This document shows positions 60,158 to 62,247 of a DNA stretch of 62,247 nt, one piece after another. This DNA is from Termitinemataceae bacterium. GTDB lineage: Bacteria > Spirochaetota > Spirochaetia > Treponematales > Breznakiellaceae. The position numbers and the translations under genes were made by a program. The DNA lies in NCBI GenBank assembly GCA_036245275.1, contig BTID01000001.1, forward strand, positions 1 through 62,247, given 5' to 3'. How positions within the stretch are numbered: position 1 is the first letter of the stretch; every line of letters begins with the position of its first letter. The notes below the pieces were generated by a model. The model was not told the origin of the DNA and searched no databases. It saw nothing but the letters and a program-made list of their open reading frames with translations.

Positions 60158-60220
60158 ACATAAATTCTTCCCCTTGACACTCCGCTCAAAAACCATATAC
60201 ACTGACTGGATGATTAAAAT

Positions 60221-60297
60221 AGCAACAAGCAACAAGCAACAAGCAACAAGCAACAAGCAACAAGCAACAAGCAACAAGCAACAAGCAACAAGCAACA
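60221..60297. repeat. Perfect heptanucleotide tandem repeat (AGCAACA)x11
   Basis: Direct count gives 77 nt with no interruptions. It is preceded by ATGATTAAAAT and followed by ACTGA. Confidence 0.97.
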
Positions 60298-60574
60298 ACT
60301 GATTATGCTCATTTAGACTCTTTTGTCAAGGGGGCGAATCGTCATCCCCTAGCGTACGCCTGCGGCGTGCGAACGTTAACCAAAGAAAATTTAATATCAT
60401 TCTTATTTTTTAAAAACAAGTGCTTTGCTTGGGTCAAAACTCCCGCGCAGGTGCTTTTTTTTATATATTACAAGAACGTTTGTTCGTGTATTATGGAGTA
60501 ATGTGCCAAAAAAACGCATAACTGATTGCGGTTAGGCAAATCTAAACATTATTCCTAAATTAAGGAATGTAGTT

Positions 60575-61177
60575 ATGAGAAAAAACTACAAAGGCGGAAA
60601 CACCGTCACGGTTATGGTACTATTGACAGTATTATTTTTAGTAATGGCTTGTACTAAAGCAAAAGCACAGTCAAATGATTCGCTTGAACCAATTGCAGAA
60701 GTTGCCGATGCTTCTAACACTAATAAAGCAACCAATATTGTTGATTTTCCAAAAAATTGGATTTCCGAAATGGTGAAATATTTTGGTAAAACAAGTATAG
60801 AATTACCAGATTCATACATTAAAAAATATGATGGTAGTTACGCGAAAAGCATATCTAATGGTGTTACTGAAGGTTTTATATTGAAAAAAGGCACAATTGA
60901 ACAGTCAGTATGGATGTATGAACCTGATAAAAGAAGTCTCCTGTCTACTGAATTTAATTTAGTTCTTAAAGTGTTAGAAAAACAACTGGGAGATCCACTA
61001 ATTGTTGATGGATATACGCGTTGTTGGAAATTGAATTCAGACTTTTTGATTATTCTAATGTTAGATGAGAATATCGAAAGTGTAACTGTTTCAGTACTTT
61101 CATTTGGGAAAGGAATTGAATATTCGGAACAAGATTTTGATAAACGAGTAAAAGAAATGAATGAAGGACATAAATGA
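60575..61177 (+). CDS. Hypothetical lipoprotein
   Basis: SD AAGGAA. The signal is followed by lipobox LVMAC. No recognised domain. Confidence 0.55.
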   Translation: MRKNYKGGNTVTVMVLLTVLFLVMACTKAKAQSNDSLEPIAEVADASNTNKATNIVDFPKNWISEMVKYFGKTSIELPDSYIKKYDGSYAKSISNGVTEGFILKKGTIEQSVWMYEPDKRSLLSTEFNLVLKVLEKQLGDPLIVDGYTRCWKLNSDFLIILMLDENIESVTVSVLSFGKGIEYSEQDFDKRVKEMNEGHK

Positions 61178-61222
61178 AATATATTACAAAATCACTTACC
61201 GGAACTGTAAAATATAGTAGGA

Positions 61223-61864
61223 GTGTGTATGTTATTTGATGAAAATGATTTTGAAAAACGCATGAGATTATTAGTAGATTCCGCATGGCATATTTTTCAA
61301 CGCAAGATAGGAAATAATCTAATAAATATAAATAAAGAAGCTTCGATGCAATTACATTTTGCCTATATTTTGCAAGCCTTAGTGCCGCTTATAATTTATG
61401 AAAATAACGAGCAAATTGAAATTGAATTAGAAAAGACTGTCAAATTAAATAACGGATCGACATGTGAAGTTGATGTGTTTATAACCGGTAATAAAGAAAA
61501 ACTTACTCGCAAGATTGCAATAGAAATGAAATGCTATAAAGAGTTTGCATCATCCGGTGGAAAACGCGGGGCATTAGATATTTTTATGAAAGATGTATAT
61601 TCTGATATTGAGGTATTAGAAAAATATAGATCAGAGCAAATCTGTAATGAGAGTGTCTTTCTTGCTTTAACTGATTATCAACATATAATTTGTCCTGAGA
61701 AGAAAACAGGCAAGTGCTGGGATTATGATATTTCTGCCAACTATAAATTAACCCCAAAAACAATTAATATACCAATAGGCGGAAAAGAACAAAGTATTAA
61801 AATAAATGGCACATATACATTTGATTGGCAACAACAAGGGGAATTTTATTTCTTGGAGTTGTGA
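61223..61864 (+). CDS. Hypothetical protein with possible PD-(D/E)XK nuclease-like core
   Basis: SD AGGAG. CEVDVFITG...(13 aa)...IAIEMKCYK fits the D...E-x-K spacing of restriction-endonuclease-like folds. The domain call is tentative. Confidence 0.45.
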   Translation: MCMLFDENDFEKRMRLLVDSAWHIFQRKIGNNLININKEASMQLHFAYILQALVPLIIYENNEQIEIELEKTVKLNNGSTCEVDVFITGNKEKLTRKIAIEMKCYKEFASSGGKRGALDIFMKDVYSDIEVLEKYRSEQICNESVFLALTDYQHIICPEKKTGKCWDYDISANYKLTPKTINIPIGGKEQSIKINGTYTFDWQQQGEFYFLEL

Positions 61865-61938
61865 GGTGTTGCAAAACTCTTAAATGCGCTCACACTGTGG
61901 TCATATCTCACGGTCAGACCGCTCGTTCCCTATAGCAT

Positions 61939-62093
61939 ATTTAAATAATTTTAACACGGAGGCGCACAGAGGAACACGGAGGGAAGATGGGGAATAAGAA
62001 TTTTTTGTTCTTCCTCCGAATTTCCTCTGTGTACCTCCTGTACCTCCGTGTTAAATTTGCCTTAGCAATTTTCCATTGTTTTTTGTTGCACCC
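61939..62093. mobile_element. Palindromic MITE-like element (copy E, left terminus missing)
   Basis: ATTTAAATAATTTTAACACGGAGGCGCACAGAGGAACACGGAGG...CCTCTGTGTACCTCCTGTACCTCCGTGTTAAATTTGCCTTAGCAATTTTCCATTGTTTTTTGTTGCACCC. Confidence 0.7.
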
Positions 62094-62161
62094 AAAACAT
62101 ACAAAAAGTCTCGCTAGCCCCAGCAATTCAAAGTTTAAAAAAAATATGATAGAATAGAAGT

Positions 62162-62247
62162 ATGGATGGGGACATATTTAATAGGCTTACGAGCCAAATT
62201 GGGAAATACGGGGCAAAAGCACCGGATAGTCGGCATGGAAATGATCA
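62162..62247 (+). CDS. Start of an unidentified ORF running off the window
   Basis: The ATG at 62162 gives MDGDIFNRLTSQIGKYGAKAPDSRHGND..., open to the window end. It is too short to classify. Confidence 0.25.
   Translation, partial: MDGDIFNRLTSQIGKYGAKAPDSRHGND

Overview
This is a 62.2-kb AT-rich chromosomal window. Gene content and protein sequences look to me like a host-associated spirochaete (Treponema-like), but I cannot verify this without a search. Most of it is densely packed housekeeping: cdaA-cdaR, smc, tmRNA, gyrB-xseA, ssb, xth, addBA, clpP, ornithine carbamoyltransferase, a U32 peptidase and pyruvate kinase. The most interesting locus is a nine-gene same-strand cluster at 43400-54413. 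In it a NifB-like radical-SAM protein and NifD/K/H-like nitrogenase-family proteins are interleaved with a taurine/sulfonate-type ABC importer, cysteine synthase, and a fused Fe-alcohol-dehydrogenase::aminotransferase. I read this as a nitrogenase-like C-S bond reductase pathway for anaerobic organosulfur assimilation, not as N2 fixation. Other notable structure:
- A family of about 155-230 bp palindromic MITE-like repeats has five copies; one sits next to tRNA-Phe with a 9-bp target-site duplication.
- A 1.24-kb toxin-antitoxin islet is bounded by 63-bp direct repeats that duplicate the 3' end of the U32 gene and differ only at synonymous sites.
- A toxin-antitoxin decay zone contains a hicA gene with TGG changed to TGA, a toxin remnant and an orphan mazE.
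- An (AGCAACA)x11 heptanucleotide tract lies inside a small ORF.
- Several genes have consensus -10 boxes 6-9 nt upstream of ATGs with no Shine-Dalgarno, which suggests leaderless mRNAs.

No CRISPR array, rRNA, integrase or transposase gene was seen.
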